Shown here one piece after another: positions 9,236-18,260 of a stretch of DNA of 61,746 nt. A program made the translations under genes and the position numbers. Source of the DNA: a virus (Duplodnaviria > Caudoviricetes); the IMG/VR virus record IMGVR_UViG_3300036783_000190, positions 1 to 61,746 of that record, one strand, 5' to 3'. Within the stretch, counting starts at the first letter, position 1; the number at the start of each line of letters is the position of its first letter. The notes under the pieces were generated by a model. That model was given only the letters and a program-made list of their open reading frames with translations. It had not been told where the DNA came from and searched no databases.

Positions 9236-9372
9236 TGGATAAACAGCAACGTGATGAATACGAACAAAAGAAACTCGTGTGGATCATAAAGGATTTAAGA
9301 GCTAGAGAGATACATAACAGCGCAGATAAGGTTGAGGAAATGCATAAGGAGTTTATCACTCTAGCTAAATAG
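9235..9372 (+). CDS. 45-aa hypothetical phage protein
   Basis: TGATG coupling; MDKQQRDEYEQKKLVWIIKDLRA... Confidence 0.6.
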   Translation: MDKQQRDEYEQKKLVWIIKDLRAREIHNSADKVEEMHKEFITLAK

Positions 9373-9387
9373 AGAGGGGAATGGGAA

Positions 9388-9537
9388 ATGAGATACGTCA
9401 GAAGAAGACAATTACACAAATCATACAAAACATCGTACCCATCGTATTGGGGCGACGCGGTTCTATCTAAAGAAAAGAATAAAACTATTGAATATATGAT
9501 TGGTCTCCATACATTCTTTCGAAGATTAAGCAAATAG
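9388..9537 (+). CDS. 49-aa hypothetical (MRYVRRRQLHK family)
   Basis: RBS GAGGGGA; N-terminus resembles ORFs at 16046 and 16589. Confidence 0.55.
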   Translation: MRYVRRRQLHKSYKTSYPSYWGDAVLSKEKNKTIEYMIGLHTFFRRLSK

Positions 9538-9544
9538 GACAAGC

Positions 9545-9626
9545 CTTCGCTTGTCGGAATATTCAGGAATCTAATGGTATTCCCCACCTAGCAAATGGGT
9601 TCCTGGATATTCCGATGCGCGAAGCA
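9545..9626 (+). ncRNA. Long intergenic RNA hairpin with C-rich loop
   Basis: CTTCGC..TCGGAATATTCAGGAATC..CCCCACC..GGTTCCTGGATATTCCGA..GCGAAG. Confidence 0.55.
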
Positions 9627-9649
9627 TCAACAAATGAGAGAAATGGGGA

Positions 9650-10102
9650 ATGAAAATGAGAGAAATTAAGTTTCGTTTGTTCAGTCAAGACACAAAAAAG
9701 GTGATTTATCCAGATGATAGAGGCTGGTTCCACAAATCGTTTGTAGGTAAAAATGGAGTTTGGCAAGATATCAGAATCGATACAGCACTTATGAACCCTG
9801 AAAAGGTAGATATCATGCAATACACAGGATTAAAAGACAAGAATGGTAAGGAGATTTATGAAGGGGATATTATCAGAAAAAAATTCAAGGACAGAGAAAT
9901 AGGTGAATTTTATGCGGCAGGCGAGGTTGTATTCGGTAAATGGTTCGCGGGATTTACGGTCCCTTATAACTATCATGGATATAACAAGCTAGAAAGACTT
10001 AGTAGTAATGACGATAGAGACGGTTGGGTTGTTGCTAATCGAGAGATGGAAGTCATCGGAAACATTTACGAAAACCCAGAGTTACTGGAGAAAGGTGAAT
10101 GA
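9650..10102 (+). CDS. YopX-family phage protein
   Basis: REIKFR...MQYTGLKDKNGKEIYEGDI...EVIGNIYENPELL. Confidence 0.92.
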   Translation: MKMREIKFRLFSQDTKKVIYPDDRGWFHKSFVGKNGVWQDIRIDTALMNPEKVDIMQYTGLKDKNGKEIYEGDIIRKKFKDREIGEFYAAGEVVFGKWFAGFTVPYNYHGYNKLERLSSNDDRDGWVVANREMEVIGNIYENPELLEKGE

Positions 10103-10293
10103 AAATGTCACCGTGTTTCGAACCAACATATTGCAATGATTTAGAAGGAAACAAGTACTTATGCAGATTTGAGCATTATGAAGTGGATAGTCGTTTTGAA
10201 GGTGAACCGCCGGAATGGAAGGCTGACATCATCGAATTTATGCCAATCATCCCCATTTATAAATGCTGGGGAAAAGGAATCAAAACAAAATAA
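10099..10293 (+). CDS. Hypothetical phage protein
   Basis: ATGA overlap with YopX. Confidence 0.6.
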   Translation: MKMSPCFEPTYCNDLEGNKYLCRFEHYEVDSRFEGEPPEWKADIIEFMPIIPIYKCWGKGIKTK

Positions 10294-10316
10294 AAAACCG
10301 CGAAGGGGAATGAAAA

Positions 10317-10451
10317 GTGAATGATATTCAAAAGGCAGTTAATGAAGCAGTGCTGATTTTGAGGGAATGTCCTGAAGGATCATCTGAGGATGATTTAAAC
10401 GGTGCGATTAACGAGGCACTAGAAGTTCTTGCGAAATTTGAAACAAAATAA
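10317..10451 (+). CDS. 44-aa hypothetical
   Basis: GTG start after AAGGGG; hand-translated. Confidence 0.45.
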   Translation: MNDIQKAVNEAVLILRECPEGSSEDDLNGAINEALEVLAKFETK

Positions 10452-10562
10452 AAAGAGCCGACTACACCTAATAATCGACTCTTTTTGAAGAAATGACGCA
10501 ATATTATGTACCTCTATTATAGCACAGTCGTTTCTTCCAAGTAAATAAGGAGGAATGTGGAA

Positions 10563-10712
10563 ATGGTTGATATTCAAGATAAACAAGTAGAACGTGCAAT
10601 CGAAACTTTAAAACAAATGTCTGATAAAGAACAAGACAGCGCAAGGAAGTTAGACCTTGACTATGTAATCACAGTTTTAACAAATAAACCGCATGGCGGA
10701 ATGCCTTTCTAG
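10563..10712 (+). CDS. 49-aa hypothetical
   Basis: AAGGAGG RBS; MVDIQDKQVERAIETLKQM... Confidence 0.6.
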   Translation: MVDIQDKQVERAIETLKQMSDKEQDSARKLDLDYVITVLTNKPHGGMPF

Positions 10713-10726
10713 GAGGAAATGAAACT

Positions 10727-11209
10727 ATGAACTTATATACATTAGCAATCAATTATAAACAAGTGCAAGAAATGATAGAAGATGGAGCCGATTATGAGGT
10801 TGTAAAAGATACATTGCAGTCGATTGAAGAAAGCATTCAAGATAAGTCCCAAAACATAGCGTTACTTATTAAAAATATCAATGCAGATACAGAAGCTATC
10901 AAGGTTGAAGAAAAACGCCTGAGCGAACGGAGAAAGGCACTAGAAAACAAATCAACAAGATTAAAAGATTACTTAAAAGAACAAATGGAGTTTTGTGGTG
11001 TTGACCGGATAAAGAGCACGATTGTTTCAATTGGGATACAGAAGAATCCACCAGTTTTAAACATACAAGATGGAGCAGATATCCCAGAGGAATATTACAG
11101 ACAACGTGATCCAGAAATCGATAAACGTAAATTGATGCAGGACATCAAAGAAGGATTTGAGTTTGACGGAGTAACGATAACGCAAACAACTGGGGTGCGT
11201 ATCCGATGA
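10727..11209 (+). CDS. Siphovirus Gp157-family protein
   Basis: MNLYTL..coiled coil..IQKNPP..IPEEY..IDK motifs. Confidence 0.9.
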   Translation: MNLYTLAINYKQVQEMIEDGADYEVVKDTLQSIEESIQDKSQNIALLIKNINADTEAIKVEEKRLSERRKALENKSTRLKDYLKEQMEFCGVDRIKSTIVSIGIQKNPPVLNIQDGADIPEEYYRQRDPEIDKRKLMQDIKEGFEFDGVTITQTTGVRIR

Positions 11210-11889
11210 ATAGAAGCGAAACGATTACTGAATTAGCTAAAGCATTGGTGAAATTCAATTCAGAGGTTACAAAAATAGCAAAGGATGCAGACAATCCTTT
11301 CTTTAAAAACAATTATGCAACGCTAGACACGATTATAGATGAAATTAGACCAATCCTTTCTAAACACGGATTAAGTATCATGCAAATACCAAGTGGTGAC
11401 GGTCAGAACGTGACGTTAAAAACACTTCTCCTACATGAAAGTGGTGAATGGTTAGAAAGTGATGCATTAACAATGAAGCCAGTTAAAAACGATCCGCAAG
11501 CCGTAGGTAGTTGCATAACATACGCTCGCCGCTATTCGTTAGCAGCGTTCCTCAGCTTGAATACCGGTGAAGATGATGACGGAAACGGTGCTACTTATGG
11601 AAAAGGTAACAAACCAAATCAGAAAAGTAACAGTGGACAAAGTTCAAATAAACCGCCAAGCAATGGAAATAACGGTGGTAACGGCAAAGCATCCGAGAAA
11701 CAGTTAAAAATGATACACGCGAAAATAGCGCACATTTCAGCTTTAGCAAAGACGGATAAACAAACTATTGAGGATACATTGAAAGGCAACATCGGAACTG
11801 AAAACCTAAGTGAGATTAGCTCACAGATTGCATCAAAAGCAATTGAGTTACTGATGGGATGGGAAAAACAATATAGTCAAGCAGGATAA
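11206..11889 (+). CDS. ERF-family single-strand annealing protein
   Basis: GSCITYARRYSLAAFLSLNTGEDDDG. Confidence 0.93.
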   Translation: MNRSETITELAKALVKFNSEVTKIAKDADNPFFKNNYATLDTIIDEIRPILSKHGLSIMQIPSGDGQNVTLKTLLLHESGEWLESDALTMKPVKNDPQAVGSCITYARRYSLAAFLSLNTGEDDDGNGATYGKGNKPNQKSNSGQSSNKPPSNGNNGGNGKASEKQLKMIHAKIAHISALAKTDKQTIEDTLKGNIGTENLSEISSQIASKAIELLMGWEKQYSQAG

Positions 11890-11901
11890 GGAGATGAAAC
11901 C

Positions 11902-12078
11902 ATGTTAGATAAAAATCAATCTAAAGTCGTCCTTCCGGCGTGGGTATGGAAGGGCGCACGAAACGAAAAAGAAGCAAAAATTAAAGCGATTGAGTACATA
12001 ACTCCCGATCGCTACCCAGGATACAAACTATTGAAGATTAAAGACGGTATCGCAGTGTGCGAGAGGGAGAGTGTGTGA
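11902..12078 (+). CDS. 58-aa hypothetical
   Basis: AAGGAG RBS; MLDKNQSKVVLPAWVW...RYPGY. Confidence 0.6.
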   Translation: MLDKNQSKVVLPAWVWKGARNEKEAKIKAIEYITPDRYPGYKLLKIKDGIAVCERESV

Positions 12079-12299
12079 TGTTTCAAGTGCCAGTAAGACG
12101 TGGGTCAATGAAAGAAATGTTAAAAGCAGTTCGTGATCTAGAAGCTAGAGGTTATGACTATATCACGCCAATCAAGAAGGTATACAGAGCAGAAAAAACA
12201 TTTTATAACGATGGAAAGTTCAAAGAAAAGGAAAAAATTCGATTCACAGGCATGGAAGATCGTGCAAGTTATGAATGTTGGATGAAGAAGGTGAACTAA
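12078..12299 (+). CDS. Hypothetical phage protein
   Basis: TGATG-coupled start MFQVPVRRG. Confidence 0.65.
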   Translation: MFQVPVRRGSMKEMLKAVRDLEARGYDYITPIKKVYRAEKTFYNDGKFKEKEKIRFTGMEDRASYECWMKKVN

Positions 12300-13091
12300 G
12301 TGAGTAATTACAACACGATACGTACAATCATTTCTCAAATAAGTGGACAAGAAAACATAGTTGTTGTACCAAAACTGTTCGTTAGGTTAACAGGAGATCT
12401 CACAACAGCAATCCTTTTGAATCAAATCGTATTTTATAGCGATAAATCAAAAAGAACTGATGGTTATTTCTATAAATCGCATAAAGAGTGGGAAGAAGAA
12501 ATTTGTTTAACAAAACGGCAGGTTAGTTATTCTACAGCAAAATTAAAAGAAATGGGCCTTGTAGAAACTAAGCTGATGAAAGCGAATGGAGCACCTACTC
12601 TTCACTATAAATTGGATTATGACAAATTGGTGCAATGGATAGTAACAAATTGTAACAATGGAAAATCACAAAATGTAACTATTGATTCTAACAAAATGTC
12701 ACTTTCTTTAACAGAGAATACTACAGAGAATACAACAAAGAAAAAGACTTCTTGTCACAAGTTTTCAACTTCTGACCTGGAGAATGCTCAATTGTTATTC
12801 AAATTAATGTTACAAAACAATCCATCAGCAAAAGAACCTAACTTAGATAAATGGGCAAATGACTTTCGTTTAATGAGGGAGCGTGACAATAGAACGGATG
12901 AACAAATTAAGTACCTTATCAATTGGTCACAGAATGATGAGTTTTGGAGAGCTAACATTCTTTCTCCATCAAAATTAAGAAAGCAATTCGACACTCTAAT
13001 TGCAAAGATTAAGAGTGAAAGAGAGAAGAAAAAGCCAAAAGCAACTAAAGGTAAAAAAGAATTAAGAGAGGAGGACTTTGACCTTGAATAA
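12300..13091 (+). CDS. Phage replication initiator (N-terminal wHTH, lambda-O-like C-terminus)
   Basis: W..NILSPSKLRKQFD C-terminal motif; precedes loader and helicase. Confidence 0.8.
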   Translation: MSNYNTIRTIISQISGQENIVVVPKLFVRLTGDLTTAILLNQIVFYSDKSKRTDGYFYKSHKEWEEEICLTKRQVSYSTAKLKEMGLVETKLMKANGAPTLHYKLDYDKLVQWIVTNCNNGKSQNVTIDSNKMSLSLTENTTENTTKKKTSCHKFSTSDLENAQLLFKLMLQNNPSAKEPNLDKWANDFRLMRERDNRTDEQIKYLINWSQNDEFWRANILSPSKLRKQFDTLIAKIKSEREKKKPKATKGKKELREEDFDLE

Positions 13092-13440
13092 GAAGCAAAC
13101 GTTTGAATTATTAAAGGCAATTAGTGCATTGTATCCGATATTTGAAGTGACACAAATGAAAATTGATTTATGGACTACTATTCTATCGGAACAAGAATAT
13201 GAGGAAATGCTAAAGAACCTTTCTAACTATGCAAAATATAATCAATTTCCTCCTAAACCAGCCGACTTATTAAAAGAAGATCATGAAGTGAAATATACAG
13301 GACCAACTGTTTCGGAGACAAAAACAATGTTCAGTCGGTGGGATGAAAATAGCAAAGACGTGGCGCCGCCAGAGGAACGGGAAAAGCATTTAAAAGACAT
13401 AGCGAAGATATTGGGGATTAAGCGGAGGGGAAGAAAATGA
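13078..13440 (+). CDS. Helicase loader/inhibitor (SPP1 G39P-like)
   Basis: LLKAISALYP..W..L..FPPKPADL; position before DnaB. Confidence 0.75.
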   Translation: MTLNKKQTFELLKAISALYPIFEVTQMKIDLWTTILSEQEYEEMLKNLSNYAKYNQFPPKPADLLKEDHEVKYTGPTVSETKTMFSRWDENSKDVAPPEEREKHLKDIAKILGIKRRGRK

Positions 13441-14768
13441 CGCAGACATTAGATTACACGGGACTATACAGCATTCAAGCGGAGCAAGGTCTTTTAGGGG
13501 GACTAATATTAGATCCAGACAAGATAAAAGATATCAATTTACAACCTGAGCAGATGTATCGTCCTCAACACGTCCATATCTTCCGTACAATGCTCGAAAT
13601 TGATAACGGAAACGAACCAGTAGACTTCGTAACAATGACCGCTAGATTAGCTGAGAAAGGGCTTATAGATGATGTCGGTGGAATCGCTTATCTCGCTCAA
13701 TTATCTGAGACAACACCAAGTACTTCTAATATTAAATACTACGAAAAAATCGTGTGGAGTAAATGGCGAGATCGAGAGGTTGTTAGAAATACAGAAACGT
13801 TAAAACAGGCAGTTCATAGCGGTGACGATACAGAACTTGCTATTCAAACTCAAATGGCAGCACTACTGAATTTAAGTAGGGAAGACAAAAATAGTGATGG
13901 GCGAATTAAGGATGGGCTTATAGAAGTTTTTGGAGAGTTAGAGAATCCTATTCGCGGATTGGCTGGAATGAATACAGGTTTTACGGAACTAAACCGCATG
14001 ACGGCAGGATTCAAACCACAGGAGTTCATAATTGTTGCGGCTCGCCCGTCTGTAGGGAAGACAGCATTTTGTTTAAACGTAGGAAATAATGCAGCAGGGG
14101 AACAAGGTGAAGGTGATGTGGTTGCTATTTTCTCACTCGAAATGGGAAAAAAAGAACTACTAAAGAGAATGGTCAGTATTAACGGGAACATTGATGGGAA
14201 TCGCATGAAAACAGGAGAGCTAAATCCAGAAGATTGGACGAAGTTAACACAAGCTATGGGAGTTTTAAACAACAAAAATATTCGAATATTCGATGATGCG
14301 GGGATTTCAACAAATTTCATTTGGTCGAAAGTTAAAAAGTTATGTGACGAGTTTCCAGGCAGACAAATCATGGTAATTATTGATTACTTACAGCTCATAA
14401 CAGGAAATCCGGTACATAAAGGAAATCGAACACAAGAAATCGGAGAAATTAGCCGAACGCTGAAAACAATGGCTCGTCAATTAAATGTATGTGTGGTTGC
14501 TCTATCTCAGCTGAGCCGTGGTGTAGAACAACGTCAAGACAAACGCCCTATGATGTCCGATTTACGCGAGAGCGGGCAAATAGAGCAGGATGCGGACGTC
14601 ATAGCGTTCCTGTATCGAGAGGATTACTACGACCGAGAAACAGAAAATAAAAACACGATTGAAATCATTATAGGGAAGCAAAGGAATGGCCCTGTTGGAT
14701 CAGTAGAATTGGCATTCATTAAGGAATACGGGAAGTTCGTTAACTTGGAAAGAAGGTTTGAACAATGA
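13437..14768 (+). CDS. dnaB: Replicative DNA helicase
   Basis: AARPSVGKT, IIDYLQL, LSQLSR, DLRESGQIEQDAD. Confidence 0.97.
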   Translation: MTQTLDYTGLYSIQAEQGLLGGLILDPDKIKDINLQPEQMYRPQHVHIFRTMLEIDNGNEPVDFVTMTARLAEKGLIDDVGGIAYLAQLSETTPSTSNIKYYEKIVWSKWRDREVVRNTETLKQAVHSGDDTELAIQTQMAALLNLSREDKNSDGRIKDGLIEVFGELENPIRGLAGMNTGFTELNRMTAGFKPQEFIIVAARPSVGKTAFCLNVGNNAAGEQGEGDVVAIFSLEMGKKELLKRMVSINGNIDGNRMKTGELNPEDWTKLTQAMGVLNNKNIRIFDDAGISTNFIWSKVKKLCDEFPGRQIMVIIDYLQLITGNPVHKGNRTQEIGEISRTLKTMARQLNVCVVALSQLSRGVEQRQDKRPMMSDLRESGQIEQDADVIAFLYREDYYDRETENKNTIEIIIGKQRNGPVGSVELAFIKEYGKFVNLERRFEQ

Positions 14769-15037
14769 GAAGTCAATTAAGCTTTGACGACATATTGGGT
14801 ACTTTCGATTACAAAGCAAAGAGCACGGCCGAGCAATTCCTAGCAAAGCCTAGCGTCATAACGACATACGCTGTGGAATTCTATGACAAGGAAGAAAAGC
14901 AACGTATTGATTGGTTCGATGTAAAAACAGAGAGCAAAGCATGGAGCGCGGCAGTGAAAGAACATGGTAAAGGTATTCAGAAGATTGGGATAACTAGTTC
15001 TGAACGTACGAGAGATGAAATCATGGCGTTGGATTAG
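14765..15037 (+). CDS. Hypothetical phage protein
   Basis: Coupled to dnaB. Confidence 0.7.
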   Translation: MRSQLSFDDILGTFDYKAKSTAEQFLAKPSVITTYAVEFYDKEEKQRIDWFDVKTESKAWSAAVKEHGKGIQKIGITSSERTRDEIMALD

Positions 15038-15049
15038 GAGGGAGAAGTA

Positions 15050-15499
15050 GTGGCATTAAATCGCTGGTTAACTAGTGAGGAATATGCAAGGGCAGCAGCT
15101 AACGGGGTAAACAGAGAAAGATTGAACAGTCGTGTCTATGATTTTGAATGGGATTTAGAGAAAGCAATAACAGCTCCGATCGGTACAGTTAGGCATGAAT
15201 ACGAAAGGAAACATGCAAAATGGCTCAAAGTAGCATCAGAAAACGGTATAAACATTAGCACTTTTTACAGCAGATTATGGTTAGGGTGGGAGTGTCAAGA
15301 AGCAGCAACGAAGCCTGTAAGACAAAAGAGCAAAGCAGAAAAGAAGTGGTTGAATATCGCTAAACAAAATGGAATTAGCTATCAAACTTTTATGTCACGA
15401 ATTCATACACGGAAATGGGAGTTGGAAAAAGCGGCGACTACACCGCCAATTAATACGGGAAGGCGTTGCTCAGTAAAAGTTAAGGAGGAAGCGTTGTGA
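15050..15499 (+). CDS. Protein with three A..NGI...TF..R...GW..E.A.T.P repeats
   Basis: Internal repeats; paralog of next ORF. Confidence 0.75.
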   Translation: MALNRWLTSEEYARAAANGVNRERLNSRVYDFEWDLEKAITAPIGTVRHEYERKHAKWLKVASENGINISTFYSRLWLGWECQEAATKPVRQKSKAEKKWLNIAKQNGISYQTFMSRIHTRKWELEKAATTPPINTGRRCSVKVKEEAL

Positions 15500-15903
15500 A
15501 TTATTACGAAACTTTCATCACTGATGAGGATTACGAGAAAGCTGCTAAGAACGGCATTAGCAAATCAAATGTATATCAGCGGGTTAATGAGTATGGATGG
15601 GAGTTAGAGCGCGCTATAACGGTACCTGTAAGAAAGAAGAAAGGCGGAATTTACGCTGGGATGATAACTTTCGCTGAACAAAACGGAATAAGCAAACCGA
15701 CTTTTTTCAAAAGAGTTAAAAACGGTATGGATCTATATGAAGCGGCTACAAAACCAGTAGGGTACGCAACGTATTTGGAATTAGCAAGAAAGAACGGAAT
15801 TAAGGACGTTACATTTTATCAACGGATTACTAGAGGAATGAAACCTTACGAAGCAGCTACAAAGCCAGTGGTGAGTCGTAAGAAAGTACAGCAGATAAGC
15901 TAG
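15496..15903 (+). CDS. Paralogous NGI-repeat protein
   Basis: Same repeated motif. Confidence 0.75.
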   Translation: MNYYETFITDEDYEKAAKNGISKSNVYQRVNEYGWELERAITVPVRKKKGGIYAGMITFAEQNGISKPTFFKRVKNGMDLYEAATKPVGYATYLELARKNGIKDVTFYQRITRGMKPYEAATKPVVSRKKVQQIS

Positions 15904-15911
15904 GAGGCAAC

Positions 15912-16049
15912 ATGGAGCAAGAGCAAGACGTTTTAATCAACAAATTAATCGATAATCACATATACAAGCTACCGGATGGGCGCGATCTCTTTGAGGGGAG
16001 TTGCGAGGAACTGGCCGGGCTACTAAAAGGAGATGGGGAGAAGGAATGA
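15912..16049 (+). CDS. FbpA-like (Fur-regulated basic protein family) 45-aa protein
   Basis: AGGAGG RBS; DVLINKLIDNHIYKLPDGRDLFE..EEL. Confidence 0.55.
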   Translation: MEQEQDVLINKLIDNHIYKLPDGRDLFEGSCEELAGLLKGDGEKE

Positions 16050-16270
16050 GACATACACGCAATAGACAACTAATAAAGCTAGGTATTGATGGTGATTTAA
16101 ACAACATCAGAATAGACGAGAAGAGAAACCCAAATAGTTTCTGGTTTAGTTGGCACAACTTAGACCCTACATTCAAGTGGCACCGAGATTTTCACGGGAT
16201 GAACATAGTGTCTTTTAACCGTAAAGGTGAATCATTTAAAACTTATGTGATAAAGGGGAGAAAACAATGA
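16046..16270 (+). CDS. MRHTRNRQL-family hypothetical
   Basis: Shares N-terminus and LD..FKWHRDF with 16589-16834. Confidence 0.7.
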   Translation: MRHTRNRQLIKLGIDGDLNNIRIDEKRNPNSFWFSWHNLDPTFKWHRDFHGMNIVSFNRKGESFKTYVIKGRKQ

Positions 16271-16336
16271 AATATACACAGCATGGCACGTTTGAAGTAA
16301 CTCAAATATTAGCGGAAACAAAGGAGACTGAAGAGA

Positions 16337-16576
16337 ATGGCAACTAAGATCATTGTTTATACGAAGAATAATTGTGGAGATTGCAAACGAGCAAAATTCA
16401 TGTTGAAACATTGTCCGGTTGATGTGGAAATTGAGGAAATTAATGTTGAGTTAAAAGAAAATGAACACCATATAAAGCAACAAGGATTAATGACATTACC
16501 TGCTTTTCTGATGGAAGACGGAAATATCATACACGGATTTCACGAAGGGAAGATCATGAACGCATTAGGACTGTAG
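16337..16576 (+). CDS. Glutaredoxin/NrdH-like protein
   Basis: VYTKNNCGDC..TLP..IHGF. Confidence 0.85.
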   Translation: MATKIIVYTKNNCGDCKRAKFMLKHCPVDVEIEEINVELKENEHHIKQQGLMTLPAFLMEDGNIIHGFHEGKIMNALGL

Positions 16577-16588
16577 GAGGTTTTTATA

Positions 16589-16834
16589 ATGAGACATACT
16601 CGAAATAGACAATTAGCAAAAGCTCATAAGGATCCATTATTCATGTGGATGAATGAACCAACTGACAAGATCGAATTACAAAGGCATTGGATGAAGTTAG
16701 GGCTTAACCCTATTTTAGACAAAAATTTCAAATGGCATCGTGATTTCGTCTGGGAGATAGAAAAATACTGGGAGAGTTACATTACTGTAGGTACGTACGG
16801 AAGGGATGACTTCAAAGAAATTCCAATTAAATAG
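16589..16834 (+). CDS. MRHTRNRQL-family hypothetical
   Basis: AGGAGG RBS; paralog of 16046. Confidence 0.7.
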   Translation: MRHTRNRQLAKAHKDPLFMWMNEPTDKIELQRHWMKLGLNPILDKNFKWHRDFVWEIEKYWESYITVGTYGRDDFKEIPIK

Positions 16835-16844
16835 GAGGGATTGA

Positions 16845-17012
16845 ATGAAGAAAGAAACCAAAATACAGCTGGAAGGTGAGCTCAAAGTAGTAGAGAGTGA
16901 GATTCGTAAGATGGAATATCACCTAGTTGGATTGGATAACGAGAAGCGGAAGACGAAGCTTTCCTTGGAAGTGTTGAAGAAGCAAAAAGAGAAATTGAAA
17001 AGTTACTTATAA
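16845..17012 (+). CDS. 55-aa coiled-coil hypothetical
   Basis: AGGAGG RBS; hand-translated MKKETKIQLEGELK... Confidence 0.6.
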   Translation: MKKETKIQLEGELKVVESEIRKMEYHLVGLDNEKRKTKLSLEVLKKQKEKLKSYL

Positions 17013-17025
17013 GGAGCGGGATGGA

Positions 17026-17358
17026 ATGAATTTTAAAGATTATCAAACAGCAGTCACAAGAACATTTGCAGTAGGAAGAACATACGAGGAGAATGCTACA
17101 AACTACGCTATGGGATTATGTGGAGAAGCTGGGGAAGTTACGGACCATATCAAGAAGGCAGTATATCATGGCCACAATTTAAATGAAGATGAAGTAGAAA
17201 AGGAATTAGGCGATGTACTTTGGTACCTAGCAGCATTAGCAGAAACGCACCATCTTGATTTAAATGAGATCGCGGAGAAGAACATTTATAAGTTAAAGAA
17301 GCGATTCCCGAACGGATTTAGTGAAGAAGACAGTAAGAAACGGGTGGATATGAAGTAA
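17026..17358 (+). CDS. MazG-like nucleotide pyrophosphohydrolase
   Basis: GLCGEAGEV..KELGDVLWYL..KNIYKLKKRFP. Confidence 0.9.
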   Translation: MNFKDYQTAVTRTFAVGRTYEENATNYAMGLCGEAGEVTDHIKKAVYHGHNLNEDEVEKELGDVLWYLAALAETHHLDLNEIAEKNIYKLKKRFPNGFSEEDSKKRVDMK

Positions 17359-17392
17359 GACCAAATTTGAATTTTGTTAAGAAATGGGGAAT

Positions 17393-17542
17393 ATGAAGAT
17401 GAATAAAATAACTAGAGAAGAATTTTTAAATTTGATGTATGACATGAAATTAGCAGGAATTATAACATTAGAACAATATGCAATTTACAGCGATAAAGGA
17501 TTAAGCACTTTAGAGTTTAAAGAACAAAAGTGTGATTGTTAA
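17393..17542 (+). CDS. 49-aa cassette ORF
   Basis: Hand-translated; stop codon overlaps junction motif at 17541. Confidence 0.55.
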   Translation: MKMNKITREEFLNLMYDMKLAGIITLEQYAIYSDKGLSTLEFKEQKCDC

Positions 17543-17574
17543 CAAAAGCGTTATTTGAATAGACAGGGGATGTA

Positions 17575-17886
17575 ATGATGGAAAAATCCGAGTTGAAAGA
17601 AATTTGTAGGGATACAGTGAAAGGTGTTTACCGTGATGTTGTAGCGTATGACAGTAACGGTTTTTATATGAGGTATATCGGGGAACGCATATCGCCATTA
17701 GTAAGAATAATTAAGGAACAACAGAAAGAAATTGAAAGATTGAAAGGTGAAAATTCAACTGAACAAAAGTGTGAAGACTGCTATAGGTGCGATGGAAAAG
17801 GTGTTGGTCTGGATTGGGGCGCTATGAATTTTTGGGAATGTGATGTTTGTAACGGAACTGGTGAATTGGACTCTGAAGAAAACTAA
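17575..17886 (+). CDS. Hypothetical with DnaJ-type CxxCxGxG zinc finger
   Basis: CYRCDGKG...CDVCNGTG. Confidence 0.7.
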   Translation: MMEKSELKEICRDTVKGVYRDVVAYDSNGFYMRYIGERISPLVRIIKEQQKEIERLKGENSTEQKCEDCYRCDGKGVGLDWGAMNFWECDVCNGTGELDSEEN

Positions 17887-17947
17887 ACAAAATAGTTATT
17901 GTATAGACAAAAGTAAACAGAACCCGTTATAACTAGCGGGTTCTGCG

Positions 17948-18010
17948 TACAAGGAATACAAGGAATACAAGGAATACAAGGAATACAAGGAATACAAGGA
18001 ATACAAGGTA
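17948..18010. repeat. 9-bp tandem repeat (TACAAGGAA) x6 + 1 degenerate
   Basis: Direct reading. Confidence 0.97.
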
Positions 18011-18260
18011 ACTGGTCCAGAGCAACCAGGGTATTCACTTGGATAATATTACTATATTCGAAGGGGATAAAAAGGTTAATGAAAACTAAACAAAATCCTT
18101 ATTTAAATAAAAGAAACCCCGATTGTCTGCGGGGCTCCTAAGGGTAATCGTCAAGTAATGACGTACTCGACTAATTAACAATATCATGAATTTTTTGGTA
18201 AAAATACTGGTAAATGTGTCCAAATGGATGGGGACATTATTTTAAACAAAAACGCTATTT

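Noticed and set aside
17948-18010. CRISPR array or CsrA sponge (ATACAAGGA resembles the CsrA consensus)
   Set aside because: No spacers or cas genes; promoter and terminator polarity point to the minus strand, which lacks the GGA motifs.
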